From an uncultured candidatus Brocadiaceae bacterium (GTDB lineage: Bacteria > Planctomycetota > UBA11346), in NCBI GenBank assembly GCA_964652775.1, contig CAZZAM010000008.1, positions 43,317 through 107,316 of the forward strand: a stretch of DNA of 64,000 nt, in the 5' to 3' direction. The notes under the pieces are model-generated. The model saw only the letters and a program-made list of their open reading frames with translations. It was not told the origin of the DNA and made no database searches. The position numbers and the translations under genes are program-made. Shown piece after piece: positions 19,441-28,279 of the stretch. The stretch's first letter is position 1, and each line of letters opens with the position of its first letter.

Positions 19441-21285
19441 CTAGCCCTGCCCGTACTGCCTGAGCTTCGCGTACAGCGTACTGCGATCGATCGCTAAAAC
19501 TTCCGCAGCCTGTTTCTTGTTGCCGCCACAACGTTCAAGAACACTGAGGATGTGCGTCTTCTCGACTACTGCGAGGGGCGCCATCGGTGCCGTCAAGCCA
19601 ACCGTCGCAACTTCAGAACGCACTTCAGCCGGCAAGTCGGTTGGCTGAATCGTGGTGCCCAGCGACATAATGGTCGCGCGCTCGAGGACGTTCTTGAGCT
19701 GACGCACGTTGCCCGGCCACGGATAGCGCAGCATCAGCGTGCGCGCTTCGGGGGCGAGGCGCTTCACTTCCTGACCGAGACGCTTGGCGCTGTCAGCGAG
19801 AAAATACTCGATCAGCACTTCAACATCTGCCGGACGCGCGCGTAGTGGCGGCAACACGACCGACAAGACATTCAAGCGATGAAACAGGTCTTCGCGGAAG
19901 CGCCCAGCGGTGACTTCCTCGGCGAGCTCGCGGTTGGTCGCCGCAACTAGTCGCACATCAACTTTGCGTAAGGTTCCGTCACCAACCCGTTGGACTTCGC
20001 CTTGCTCAAGCGCACGCAACAACTTGGCCTGGGTACTCAGCGGCAATTCGCCGACTTCATCAAGGAATAGCGTCGCACCGTCAGCGAGTTCGAACACACC
20101 CGGCCGAGTTTCATCAGCGCCAGTAAAGGCCCCCTTCACGTGACCAAACAGCGTGCTTTCGACCAGGTTTTCCGCGATGGCGGCGCAGTTCACAATCTGG
20201 AACGGACGCTCGGCGCGCTTGGATTGCTGCTGGATCGCGCGCGCAACCAGTTCCTTGCCGGTGCCGCTTTCGCCGAGGATCAGAACCGGCGCATTGGTCG
20301 GGGCGGCTCGGCTGATGAACGATTGCACGACCTGCATTGAAGGATCGTTGCCGACGATGGCGAGTTGGGTTTTGCGCGGCGCGGTCTGCAAGCGATCGAC
20401 TTCGGCTTCGAGCCGAGCAACCTGCTGACGGTTGGTCAACTGCACCGCGAGTTGATTCGCGACCGCCGCTAAAAACTCAAGGTCGCTGCGCTCGAACGGC
20501 TTGTTGCCGGTCACGCGATCGACGTAGAGCAACGCATGTACTTCGTCGCCAATGCGCAGCGGTGCGGCCATCGCACTGCGGACGCCGGCCGTCACCATCG
20601 ATTGCGATGGCACCAGGTCCGCGCCACCAGTGTTGACCAACAGTGGCTCGCGACGCTCGCGTACGGCTTGCAAGAGCGTACGCGCAAACGGAACCGCGCC
20701 CCAGCGTGCGCGCAAACGCTTCTCGTGCGGCGGCCACAGACTCCAACCATCTTCGGCGGGCAGGAATACAGCGACGCGATCGCCTTCTAGTCCTTCAGCC
20801 GAGATGTCGTCGAGAATCTCAAACAGCTCATCGCGACCGCGCGCGCCGTAGCTCTGCAATACGATTTGATGCAGCAGTGCAAGATACGAACTGACGCGAT
20901 CACCGCCTTCAGCCTGCAACAATCCCGAGGTGTGGGTCTTGTCGAGGCCAACCACGGTGTCGCCACCGACCGACGCGATTTCTGATGGGCTCGTCGCCAG
21001 CCGACTTTCGAAGCGGAGCCAGGTGCGACCCACGCGCAGGGTTGCGCCATCGGTCAACGGCAGCGACTCAACCCGACCGGCTTCGCTCCAGGTCCCGTTC
21101 GAAGAGCCGAGATCCTTGAGAATCCAGCGACCGTCCTTGCTCGCCAATTCGGCATGCACTCGACTCGCCTTAACGTCTGGAAGACAGACGATGTTTTCTG
21201 GCTCGCGGCCGATCGTCGCCCGATCACCGACAATCTCATAGACCCGGCCCTTATCGGCCCCTTCGATGACGCGCAAAATCGGCAT
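19441..21285 (-). CDS. sigma-54-dependent transcriptional activator with N-terminal FHA and GAF domains
   Basis: FHA (ATIGREPEN...SRVHAEL...[11 protein letters not shown]), a GAF-like middle region, AAA+ with GESGTGKE, the GAFTGA motif (KGAFTGA) and ESTLFGH, and a C-terminal Fis-type HTH ([20 protein letters not shown]). There is no receiver domain. Confidence 0.85.
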   Translation of the reverse strand: MPILRVIEGADKGRVYEIVGDRATIGREPENIVCLPDVKASRVHAELASKDGRWILKDLGSSNGTWSEAGRVESLPLTDGATLRVGRTWLRFESRLATSPSEIASVGGDTVVGLDKTHTSGLLQAEGGDRVSSYLALLHQIVLQSYGARGRDELFEILDDISAEGLEGDRVAVFLPAEDGWSLWPPHEKRLRARWGAVPFARTLLQAVRERREPLLVNTGGADLVPSQSMVTAGVRSAMAAPLRIGDEVHALLYVDRVTGNKPFERSDLEFLAAVANQLAVQLTNRQQVARLEAEVDRLQTAPRKTQLAIVGNDPSMQVVQSFISRAAPTNAPVLILGESGTGKELVARAIQQQSKRAERPFQIVNCAAIAENLVESTLFGHVKGAFTGADETRPGVFELADGATLFLDEVGELPLSTQAKLLRALEQGEVQRVGDGTLRKVDVRLVAATNRELAEEVTAGRFREDLFHRLNVLSVVLPPLRARPADVEVLIEYFLADSAKRLGQEVKRLAPEARTLMLRYPWPGNVRQLKNVLERATIMSLGTTIQPTDLPAEVRSEVATVGLTAPMAPLAVVEKTHILSVLERCGGNKKQAAEVLAIDRSTLYAKLRQYGQG

Positions 21286-21459
21286 GGAGGCGCATGTTGC
21301 GGTACCCGGGCTGATGGACAAGCCGTCGTATGCAGGCCCTGGCGCCGAGAGGCGTTGACGGCATGCGGTCGGCCGAAGGCCGTAGGGGCAACGCCCAATG
21401 CCGTTAATCTAAGCGAATTTTCAAACGCCCACACGTAACGAGTTCGCCTTGCCAACTTC

Positions 21460-21587
21460 CAAGGCAACCACGGGGGCACGGGGAGCACGGAGGTCACGGG
21501 GAAAAGGCAGGGTGAACAGTGTAGAATCTGCAGTGTTTTCCATTCCCTGTGTCCCCCGTGGCTCCCCGTGTCCCCGTGGTTGCCTTG
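21460..21587. repeat. heptamer-arm hairpin (family D, CACGGGG words, CAAGGCAACC clamp)
   Basis: Left arm CAAGGCAACCACGGGGGCACGGGGAGCACGGAGGTCACGGGGA (21460-21502) pairs with right arm ...GCTCCCCGTGTCCCCGTGGTTGCCTTG (21544-21587). The outer 10-nt clamp is identical to that of element 57272-57420. Confidence 0.85.
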
Positions 21588-21635
21588 ATGTGCTGTATCG
21601 TTGGGTCCAATGTCCATGAACTAAACGGGCCTTAG

Positions 21636-21675
21636 CTTAACAGCATTGGGCAAAGCCCCTGGAACAACCAGCGCT
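21636..21675 (+). promoter_or_regulatory. candidate dnaJ promoter: sigma32-like CTTAAC-N14-CCCCTGGA overlapping a sigma54-like TGGAAC-N5-GCGCT
   Basis: Read directly 48-87 nt upstream of the dnaJ ATG. Both are partial consensus matches. GG-N10-GC spacing is correct for sigma54, but the -12 TT is missing. Confidence 0.25.
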
Positions 21676-21722
21676 AGACAGAGGAAACATCACGTCATCC
21701 TGACGCACCCACGTGGAAACCC

Positions 21723-22850
21723 ATGGCTAAGCGCGACTACTATGAAGTCCTCGGTGTCGGTAAGGACGCCAGTGACGACGAAATCAAGAAGGCCTACCGC
21801 AAGTTGGCCATGCAGCATCACCCCGATCGCAATCCGGGGAACAAGGAAGCTGAAACCAAGTTCAAGGAAGCGGCCGAGGCCTACGAGGTCCTGTCCGACG
21901 CCCAAAAGCGGCAACGCTACAATCAGATGGGTCACGCCGGGGTTGATGGCATGGGGCACGCCGGTCAGGGCTTTTCGTCGATGGAGGATATCTTCGCCCA
22001 GTTCGGCGATGTGTTCGGCAATCGCGGCGGCATGTTTGAGGAACTCTTCGGTGGCGGTGGTCGCGGTCGCGAGCGCAATCAGGGCACATCACTTAAGCTC
22101 GGCCTCGAGATCACGTTCCGCGAATCGGTGTTTGGCTGTACCAAGACCCTCGACCTCAAGCGCAACGAGACCTGCAAAACCTGCAGCGGCAGTGGCGCGA
22201 AAGCCGGCACCAAACCAATCGCATGTAAGCTGTGCAACGGCCACGGCATCGTCCGCCAGGGTCAAGGATTTTTCGTCGTCCAGACCACCTGCCCGCAATG
22301 CGGCGGCGTCGGCAAGGTGGTCTCGAGTCCGTGTTCCGATTGCGATGGCGCCGGTGCGAAGCCCGAAAAAGTCACCATTCGCGTGCGCATTCCTGCCGGA
22401 GTCGAAGATTCCACTCGCCTGCGCGTCGGCGGCGAAGGCGAGCCCGGTCGTGACGGTGGATCGCGCGGCGACCTCTACGTCTATATCTCGGTCAAAGCCG
22501 ATGCGTTTTTCGAACGCCACGAAAACGACGTGGTCTGCAAAGTGCCAGTCACCTACGCTCAGGCAACGCTCAGCGCTGAAATCTCGGTGCCCACCTTGGA
22601 TGGCGAGGCGTCGTTGCGCATCCCCGCTGGAACCCAGCCCGGCGAGATGTTGCGTATGCGTGGGCTCGGCATCCCCGATGGCCAGGGCGGTCGCCGCGGC
22701 GATCAGATCGTGGTCATCCAGATCACGGTGCCCAAGAAGCCGAACAAAGATCAACGCGAGCTGATCGAGAAACTCGGCAAGATCGAGGACGAGCAAGGCG
22801 AGCAGCGCGGCTTCTTCGACCGCATCAAGAAGATGTTCAAGGACAGTTGA
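21723..22850 (+). CDS. dnaJ: molecular chaperone DnaJ
   Basis: J domain (DYYEVLGV...HPDRNPG), a G/F-rich region and four CxxCxGxG zinc-finger repeats. Confidence 0.95.
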   Translation: MAKRDYYEVLGVGKDASDDEIKKAYRKLAMQHHPDRNPGNKEAETKFKEAAEAYEVLSDAQKRQRYNQMGHAGVDGMGHAGQGFSSMEDIFAQFGDVFGNRGGMFEELFGGGGRGRERNQGTSLKLGLEITFRESVFGCTKTLDLKRNETCKTCSGSGAKAGTKPIACKLCNGHGIVRQGQGFFVVQTTCPQCGGVGKVVSSPCSDCDGAGAKPEKVTIRVRIPAGVEDSTRLRVGGEGEPGRDGGSRGDLYVYISVKADAFFERHENDVVCKVPVTYAQATLSAEISVPTLDGEASLRIPAGTQPGEMLRMRGLGIPDGQGGRRGDQIVVIQITVPKKPNKDQRELIEKLGKIEDEQGEQRGFFDRIKKMFKDS

Positions 22851-22880
22851 TGTCCCCCGCATTCATCCCCAGAGCATCCC

Positions 22881-23390
22881 ATGTCTGACCAAGTCCAACC
22901 TGAACCCCTGCCCAATTCGCCAGAACCGGAACAACCCGCGAGCGAATTGGAAACATTACAGCTCCAACTCGTCGAGTGGAAAGAACGCTGCGTCCGCCAG
23001 CAGGCGGAGTTCGAAAATGTGCGCAAGCGTCTACGCAAAGAAGTTGATGAGGCCGGCAGCCGCGCGGTCGCTCGCTTCGTTCGTCCGCTTCTGGATCAGT
23101 TCGACAACCTCGATCGCGCGCTCGCCGCCGCCTCGCCAGAATCCTTTGCCGAGTTCGCCCAGGGCGTGACCATGATCCGCGAAAGCCTCAGCGCCTCGCT
23201 TGCCGCGGCTGGCATCGAACCCGTCGCCAGCACCGGCCTATTCGACCCGGCTCACCACGAAGTACTGGCCGAGGAAGAACGTGCCGACCTGCCCAAGGGC
23301 CACATCGTCATGGTCCATCGCAGTGGCTGGAAACTGAAGGATCAGCTCGTCCGTACCGCCCAGGTTGTGGTCGCCAAGCCCAAAACGTAA
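22881..23390 (+). CDS. grpE: nucleotide exchange factor GrpE
   Basis: A coiled-coil N-terminus then RQQAEFENVRKRLRKE and C-terminal FDPAHHEV...GWKLKDQLVRTAQVVV. Confidence 0.9.
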   Translation: MSDQVQPEPLPNSPEPEQPASELETLQLQLVEWKERCVRQQAEFENVRKRLRKEVDEAGSRAVARFVRPLLDQFDNLDRALAAASPESFAEFAQGVTMIRESLSASLAAAGIEPVASTGLFDPAHHEVLAEEERADLPKGHIVMVHRSGWKLKDQLVRTAQVVVAKPKT

Positions 23391-23393
23391 GCG

Positions 23394-23422
23394 GCCGCCT
23401 TGAAATACGGAACCTAGGCGGC
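23394..23422 (+). terminator. terminator-like hairpin after grpE
   Basis: GCCGCCT (23394-23400) pairs with AGGCGGC (23416-23422) around a 15-nt loop, 4 nt after the grpE stop. There is no U-tract. Confidence 0.3.
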
Positions 23423-23468
23423 ACCCTGGCGACATCCCGTTGCCGGCACGCTTCAACCGAAGGATCGC

Positions 23469-24176
23469 ATGAACTCCCGCATCACTCTCGTCGTAGCTGT
23501 CTTGTCTGCCGCCACCGCCCTATCCAGCGCTGAGACACAGCTCAATGACCTACGCCTTGAGTTCGGCGTTTCCCCACTGCCTGAGTAGAAAAGTGGCGTG
23601 GTTGTCGAATCCTCCGTCCCCGCACAGATAGGCCTCACGGTAGAGGAACATTACGACGCAACTCAGGGAATGGCTACACATGTAACCTATGCGACCGGCA
23701 ACCTCAACCCGGTTGGTCTGGTCTATGGCGTTGAATGGCGGTATCTCGGTGGCACGCAGGCGATTGATAGCATTGCAGTGGCTGGCGTTCCTATCGTACC
23801 AACCGGAGGCAAGCGATCCTTCAACTTCTCGTCAAGCGGCTTGGCGGTCAATGTCGGCGTGGGCATTGCCTGGTCGGAACAGTGGCATTCGGAACTCGTC
23901 GCCCTCTACGGAATTAATCACTTATCTTCCAGCAGCCCAGGCGATTTAGCTACACCCAGTGCCATTTCCAGCACGCCCGGCAGCGGCAAGAGCCAGACCA
24001 CCGGCATTCGCCTCGGTCTCTATCACACCTCGGATACGAATTGGCAATGGGGCTTCATCGGTGAGTGGACTCAGTCCCACGGTCGCCTGCATGTGAGCTA
24101 CACCGACGTCACCAACGAGCTCAACGTCCGCTATGGCGGCATCGGCGCCCGCTTATCAGTCGGCTGTCGGTTTTAA
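23469..24176 (+). pseudogene. outer-membrane beta-barrel protein interrupted by one in-frame TAG (23586-23588)
   Basis: ATG at 23469 encodes a signal peptide (MNSRITLVVAVLSAATALSSAETQ...) for 39 codons, then TAG. The same frame continues into the 192-aa ORF 23598-24176, which lacks its own signal peptide and ends ...RLSVGCRF, an OMP-type C-terminal Phe. Confidence 0.55.
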
Positions 24177-24220
24177 TACGTAGCATTTCCCAGGGCGTTG
24201 CTCTGTGCTAAAAAGAGCAG

Positions 24221-24351
24221 TTCACACGGAGGAACGGAAGTAACAAAGTCCGGGAGTCTGAGTTACGAATTGCGCCCCGTTCATCCAACGGATGATCAGC
24301 ACCAAATCGGTAAGCCTTTTCTCCTTCGTTACCTCTGTTCCTCCGTGTGAA
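24221..24351. repeat. hairpin (family E, GGAGGAACGGA words)
   Basis: Left arm TTCACACGGAGGAACGGAAGTAACAAAG (24221-24248) pairs with right arm CTTTTCTCCTTCGTTACCTCTGTTCCTCCGTGTGAA (24316-24351). It is related to 61864-61987. Confidence 0.8.
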
Positions 24352-24404
24352 TCGAATGCGTTTTTTGGTTGCATGAGCCTTCAGCGAGTCGATGGACTAG
24401 CGAA

Positions 24405-25391
24405 TCAACTCCGCCCACCATACAACGTCTTCACCACATCTTCGATCATCGGCTCCTCAATTGTCAGATCAGCAACCGGCAGCGCGGCCAAGCAACGACT
24501 CAATACGGCGGGAATATCGGCGCCCTCAATCAATTCAGCGGTGACGTGTAACGCATCCTTACGACTCCATATGGTGATCGAACCAGCTAGTTCAGGCAGG
24601 ACTTCAACCGGTGCCGACAGTGTGAATGCGACGCGTTTGCCACCGCCAAAACGCCGACGCAGGCCATCAAGATCACCGTCATGCACGACGCGGCCGTGGT
24701 CGATTACCACCACGCGGCTGCACAGCGCTTCGATGTCCTGAAGATCGTGTGTGGTCAGAATGATCGTCGTCTGGCGTTCACGGTTGAGTTCACTCAGGAA
24801 TTCGCGCAGCTTGGCTTTGGTGATAACGTCGAGACCAACTGTTGGTTCATCAAGAAATAGCACCGCGGGATCATGCAGGAGACTTGCAGCAAGATCGGCG
24901 CGCATACGCTGGCCGAGTGACAACTTGCGCACCGGCGTGGCGAGAAAATCCGCCAAACCAAGCACCTGGTCAAAGCGGGCTATTCGTTCGGCCGCAACCT
25001 GTTTGGGAACCCCATAGAGTTCGCACAGCAGCTCGAAACTCTCACTGACCGCGAGATCCCACCACAACTGCGAGCGTTGACCAAACACCGCGCCCACTGT
25101 GCGGACATACTGCTGACGCTCACGCTGGGGATCAAAGCCGTTCACTCGCACCGTGCCGCTGGTCGGGCGCATGATACCGGTCAGCATCTTGATCGTCGTG
25201 CTTTTGCCCGCGCCATTGGGCCCGATGTAACCAATCACCTCGCCTGCTGGCACCGTCAGATCGATGCTGGCGACAGCCTCCAGTTCTTTCCACCGCCGAT
25301 CAAACACATCGCGCATTCCGCCCCAGAACCCTGGGCGACGGTCGAAGGTGCGGAACACTTTACGCAGGCCACGGGCCTCAATCGCGAGCAT
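24405..25391 (-). CDS. ABC transporter ATP-binding protein (ABC-2/daunorubicin-type), no adjacent permease
   Basis: Walker A GPNGAGKSTT, signature LSLGQRMRADLAASLL and Walker B VLFLDEPTVGLD. The start is set at MLAIEARGLRKVF. Confidence 0.8.
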   Translation of the reverse strand: MLAIEARGLRKVFRTFDRRPGFWGGMRDVFDRRWKELEAVASIDLTVPAGEVIGYIGPNGAGKSTTIKMLTGIMRPTSGTVRVNGFDPQRERQQYVRTVGAVFGQRSQLWWDLAVSESFELLCELYGVPKQVAAERIARFDQVLGLADFLATPVRKLSLGQRMRADLAASLLHDPAVLFLDEPTVGLDVITKAKLREFLSELNRERQTTIILTTHDLQDIEALCSRVVVIDHGRVVHDGDLDGLRRRFGGGKRVAFTLSAPVEVLPELAGSITIWSRKDALHVTAELIEGADIPAVLSRCLAALPVADLTIEEPMIEDVVKTLYGGRS

Positions 25392-25497
25392 GAGGAGATG
25401 TTGCAGCGCATTGCCACTGCGGCAACGCATTGCCACGGCTACGGGTCATTGCCCCGTAGCCAGTAGCAATGCGCTGCAATGTCCCACCATTCCGCCC

Positions 25498-26394
25498 ATG
25501 TCCGCCCCCCCGACTCACAATTTCCAGCGCGGACATCCGTGGGCGATACCGACGCTGCTGCTGGGGATGGTCGGCATCTGTGCGAGCACGCTGCTCGTTC
25601 GCTACGCAACCGACATTGGCCCGGTCGCCTCCGCGTTCTGGCGCATGTTTTTAGCTTGGCCGATATTCGCGGTGATCGCCTGGCGACTGCACTCGCAGGC
25701 TGAACGACGCTTCAGCGCGATCGCCGGCGTCGCCTTCGCTGCCGACTTGTCGCTGTACCACGTCAGCATCGGGATGACGACGCTCGCCAATGCGTGTTTG
25801 CTGGGAAATCTTGCGCCAGTGGTGGTAACGGTACTCGCCGTGTGGTGGGGCACGGCCCGTGGCGGTTGGCGGACGTGGACCGCGCTGGCGGTCGCGATCG
25901 CCGGTGCCGTGATGCTGGTCAAGGGATCTCCGCACGCGCAAACGCCCGGACAATTGACCGGCGACATGATCGCGGCGTCGGCTGCGTTCGCCTACGCCGC
26001 CTATCAACTCGCTGCAACCAAAGCCAGGAACACCGGGGGGACCATGGCGGTCATGGCGACCAGCGGCCTAGTCGCCAGCCTCGTGCTCTTGCCAATCGCC
26101 TTGCTGCATGGCGAAACGATTGTGCCGGCCTCCTTGCATGGCTGGACCATCGTGGTCGCTCTGGCGATTACCGGTCAACTGCTTGGACAAGGACTCGTCG
26201 TGTGGTCACTCGCGCATCTGCCGCCGGCGTATTCATCGGTCGCATTGCTGATCCAGCCCGCGTTGGTCGCACTCACGGCCTGGCCTTTGTTTGACGAAAC
26301 TATGGTGTTCATCCAGATCCTCGGCGGTGGTGTTCTGCTGGCTGGAGTGTGGTGGGCGAAGCACATTCACAGTCCAGTGAAGGTTGAAGGATGA
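25498..26394 (+). CDS. DMT/EamA family transporter
   Basis: About 10 predicted TM helices in two EamA-like halves. The start is the MSAPPTHNF Met at 25498; the upstream part of the track ORF is antisense to the ABC ATPase gene. Confidence 0.8.
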   Translation: MSAPPTHNFQRGHPWAIPTLLLGMVGICASTLLVRYATDIGPVASAFWRMFLAWPIFAVIAWRLHSQAERRFSAIAGVAFAADLSLYHVSIGMTTLANACLLGNLAPVVVTVLAVWWGTARGGWRTWTALAVAIAGAVMLVKGSPHAQTPGQLTGDMIAASAAFAYAAYQLAATKARNTGGTMAVMATSGLVASLVLLPIALLHGETIVPASLHGWTIVVALAITGQLLGQGLVVWSLAHLPPAYSSVALLIQPALVALTAWPLFDETMVFIQILGGGVLLAGVWWAKHIHSPVKVEG

Positions 26395-26484
26395 ATACGA
26401 AAGGATGAAGGCAGAAGGATGAATGATGAAAACGTCCGAGTACCGCCAGTTTTCTTACTTCTGCATTCTTCCTTCTGCCTTTGG
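26379..26484. repeat. hairpin (family F, GAAGGATGAA/GGCAGAAGG words)
   Basis: The left arm (26379-26433) overlaps the last codons and stop of the EamA gene. The right arm is GTTTTCTTACTTCTGCATTCTTCCTTCTGCCTTTGG (26449-26484). The loop contains ACCGCCAG, as in 34045-34100. Confidence 0.8.
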
Positions 26485-26574
26485 TGACTAATCGGCACGA
26501 GCCGAGAAAACTTGAGTCGTAATCCACCCGGATATTTCCGTTCAATTAGCCCGACTCCTCGTTAGTCTTCCATC

Positions 26575-28014
26575 GTGGGACCACTGCTCAATCTATCCCA
26601 TGAGTGGCATCGTGCCCGCGCTCTTCAGCGCACCGGCAAGGGCAAGCCACCACCACTGGTCGCCGCTGGCCTTGATATCGAATATTTCGAGCACGGTGGT
26701 CGCGGGCTGAAAGTTGGCGGCATGGCGATTGTGTTCGGCGCATTTCCGCCGGCGTTGGCTGATCTCGCCGCGTTCGCTCGCGCCCGCCTGTTTCTGCAGC
26801 CCGAGCAGGCGCGCGCCCTGGACCCCGTGTTGCAAACGCGCGTGCTGGCGTTGTGGGCTTGGTTGCCGGGACCACGCTGTGATTGCTACATCGAATACGA
26901 TCGCGCCACCGACGAAGCACATGCGTGGTTGATCGGTCCGGATCGGTCGCGCGAGGTTGATCCGACCGTCGCTGATCCCGAGATTGATGCGTGGTTCCTT
27001 GAGGGTTTAGTGCTGGCTGGGCCGACGGCGTGGGGCGGAGATGTCGGCCTGGCGCGACTCAGCGAACGTTTTGGCCCTCGTCACCTACTGGTCGCCGCAC
27101 GGATCGCGGATCGCCTCGATCGCAAGAGCCGCGATCCACGCGGCACACTTGAAATTGCGCATGCAGCATGGCCGCGCCTCAATGAAAAAAACGAAGCCGC
27201 GTGGGCCGATCTCGCGGAAGAGGTCCATCCGTGGGCCGCCGTACAACTCGGCCGCCTTGCATTGCGCCTCGGACTCACCCGCGCCGCCCGCGTACTGCTC
27301 TTACGCGCTGACGCATCTGATGCACCGCCGATCGCCTGGTTCGATCTCGGCCAAGCCTGTGAATCGCTTGATGATTTGCCAGCCGCACTCTCGGCATTCG
27401 TGCATTACGTCGGTCTACGCCCATCCGATCCCGATGGCTGGCGACGCCTGCTGATTGCTCGCTTGCGGCAAGGTGACCTCCAGGTCGCTGAGGAAGCACT
27501 GCGCCGCTATCACGAAGCAGGCGGCAAGGACGACGACCTCGCCGAACGCGTGGTTGCCCAAGTAATGGGCTCACGCCTGCGTCTGCACGAACGCGCTGCA
27601 ATTGCCGGCTGGTTAGGCGCACGCATCGACAGTTCACTCGCCAGCGAATTTTCTGCCGATCGCCTGCTTGAATCCTGCACCACCGAGTTGTCGAGCGAGC
27701 GCGCCGAAGCGCTGCGGCGGACGTGGGCCTCGGCTAAAGCCGCGATCGCTGAAGACGCTCATCGTCTCGGTCCGGCCGGTCCCGAAGAGCTGGCTGCTCG
27801 CGCCGATGGCTTGGCGCGCACCGCACTCCTCGCCCTACCTTTGTTGGCCTTGCCCCATCCAGCCGAAGAGGCGCCTTCCGCCGATGATCTTGCCGGCAAT
27901 GCGCAACGCGCGCTCTCGCTGTGGTGTGAACATCGCATGCACCTGGGCCTACGCTGGCTCGGCGTTCCATCATGGCTGCGTGCGCTCGCCACCTGTGCGC
28001 GCGTCATCAGCTGA
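26575..28014 (+). CDS. hypothetical protein with TPR-like helical repeats
   Basis: 479-aa Ala/Leu/Arg-rich helical protein. The segment FDLGQACESLDDLPAALSAFVHYVGLRPSDPDGWRRLLIARLRQGDLQVAEEAL looks TPR-like. GTG start. Confidence 0.45.
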   Translation: MGPLLNLSHEWHRARALQRTGKGKPPPLVAAGLDIEYFEHGGRGLKVGGMAIVFGAFPPALADLAAFARARLFLQPEQARALDPVLQTRVLALWAWLPGPRCDCYIEYDRATDEAHAWLIGPDRSREVDPTVADPEIDAWFLEGLVLAGPTAWGGDVGLARLSERFGPRHLLVAARIADRLDRKSRDPRGTLEIAHAAWPRLNEKNEAAWADLAEEVHPWAAVQLGRLALRLGLTRAARVLLLRADASDAPPIAWFDLGQACESLDDLPAALSAFVHYVGLRPSDPDGWRRLLIARLRQGDLQVAEEALRRYHEAGGKDDDLAERVVAQVMGSRLRLHERAAIAGWLGARIDSSLASEFSADRLLESCTTELSSERAEALRRTWASAKAAIAEDAHRLGPAGPEELAARADGLARTALLALPLLALPHPAEEAPSADDLAGNAQRALSLWCEHRMHLGLRWLGVPSWLRALATCARVIS

Positions 28015-28094
28015 AGCAAGATCTGTCAACTCTCAAAAAATCCCGACGGCTATGGGTGACGCGGTTGGTGCCGATAAACCTAGTTGGAGCTGTC

Positions 28095-28120
28095 CGCAAG
28101 TCCGGACTGCGGCATTCAGG
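28095..28120. repeat. short hairpin (family J, copy 2)
   Basis: CCGCAAGTCCGGACTGCGGCATTCAGG is near-palindromic and shares ~20 nt with 14589-14621. Confidence 0.4.
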
Positions 28121-28279
28121 ATAAACGCTTTGGCCTCCGCGCCTCGTGTTAATTCGCATGTGATTTTGAGGATTACGCCGCCCAAGCTACGTTGCTTCTC
28201 GGCAAACAATCACATCTACCAGCCATCATGTCGGGCATGGTGACGCGCGCGAATCGTGCTAGTGTGCGCAGCTTCACCG

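Noticed and set aside
21646-22764. 372-aa ORF on the + strand overlapping dnaJ in another frame
   Set aside because: The Ala/Arg/Ser/Pro-rich composition is typical of off-frame translation of high-GC coding DNA. dnaJ in the other frame has unmistakable J-domain and zinc-finger motifs.
23431-23449. Sigma54-like TGGCGA...TTGCC upstream of the interrupted OMP gene
   Set aside because: The GG-to-GC spacing is 12 nt rather than the required 10. The alternative GG-N10-GC reading has poor flanking bases.
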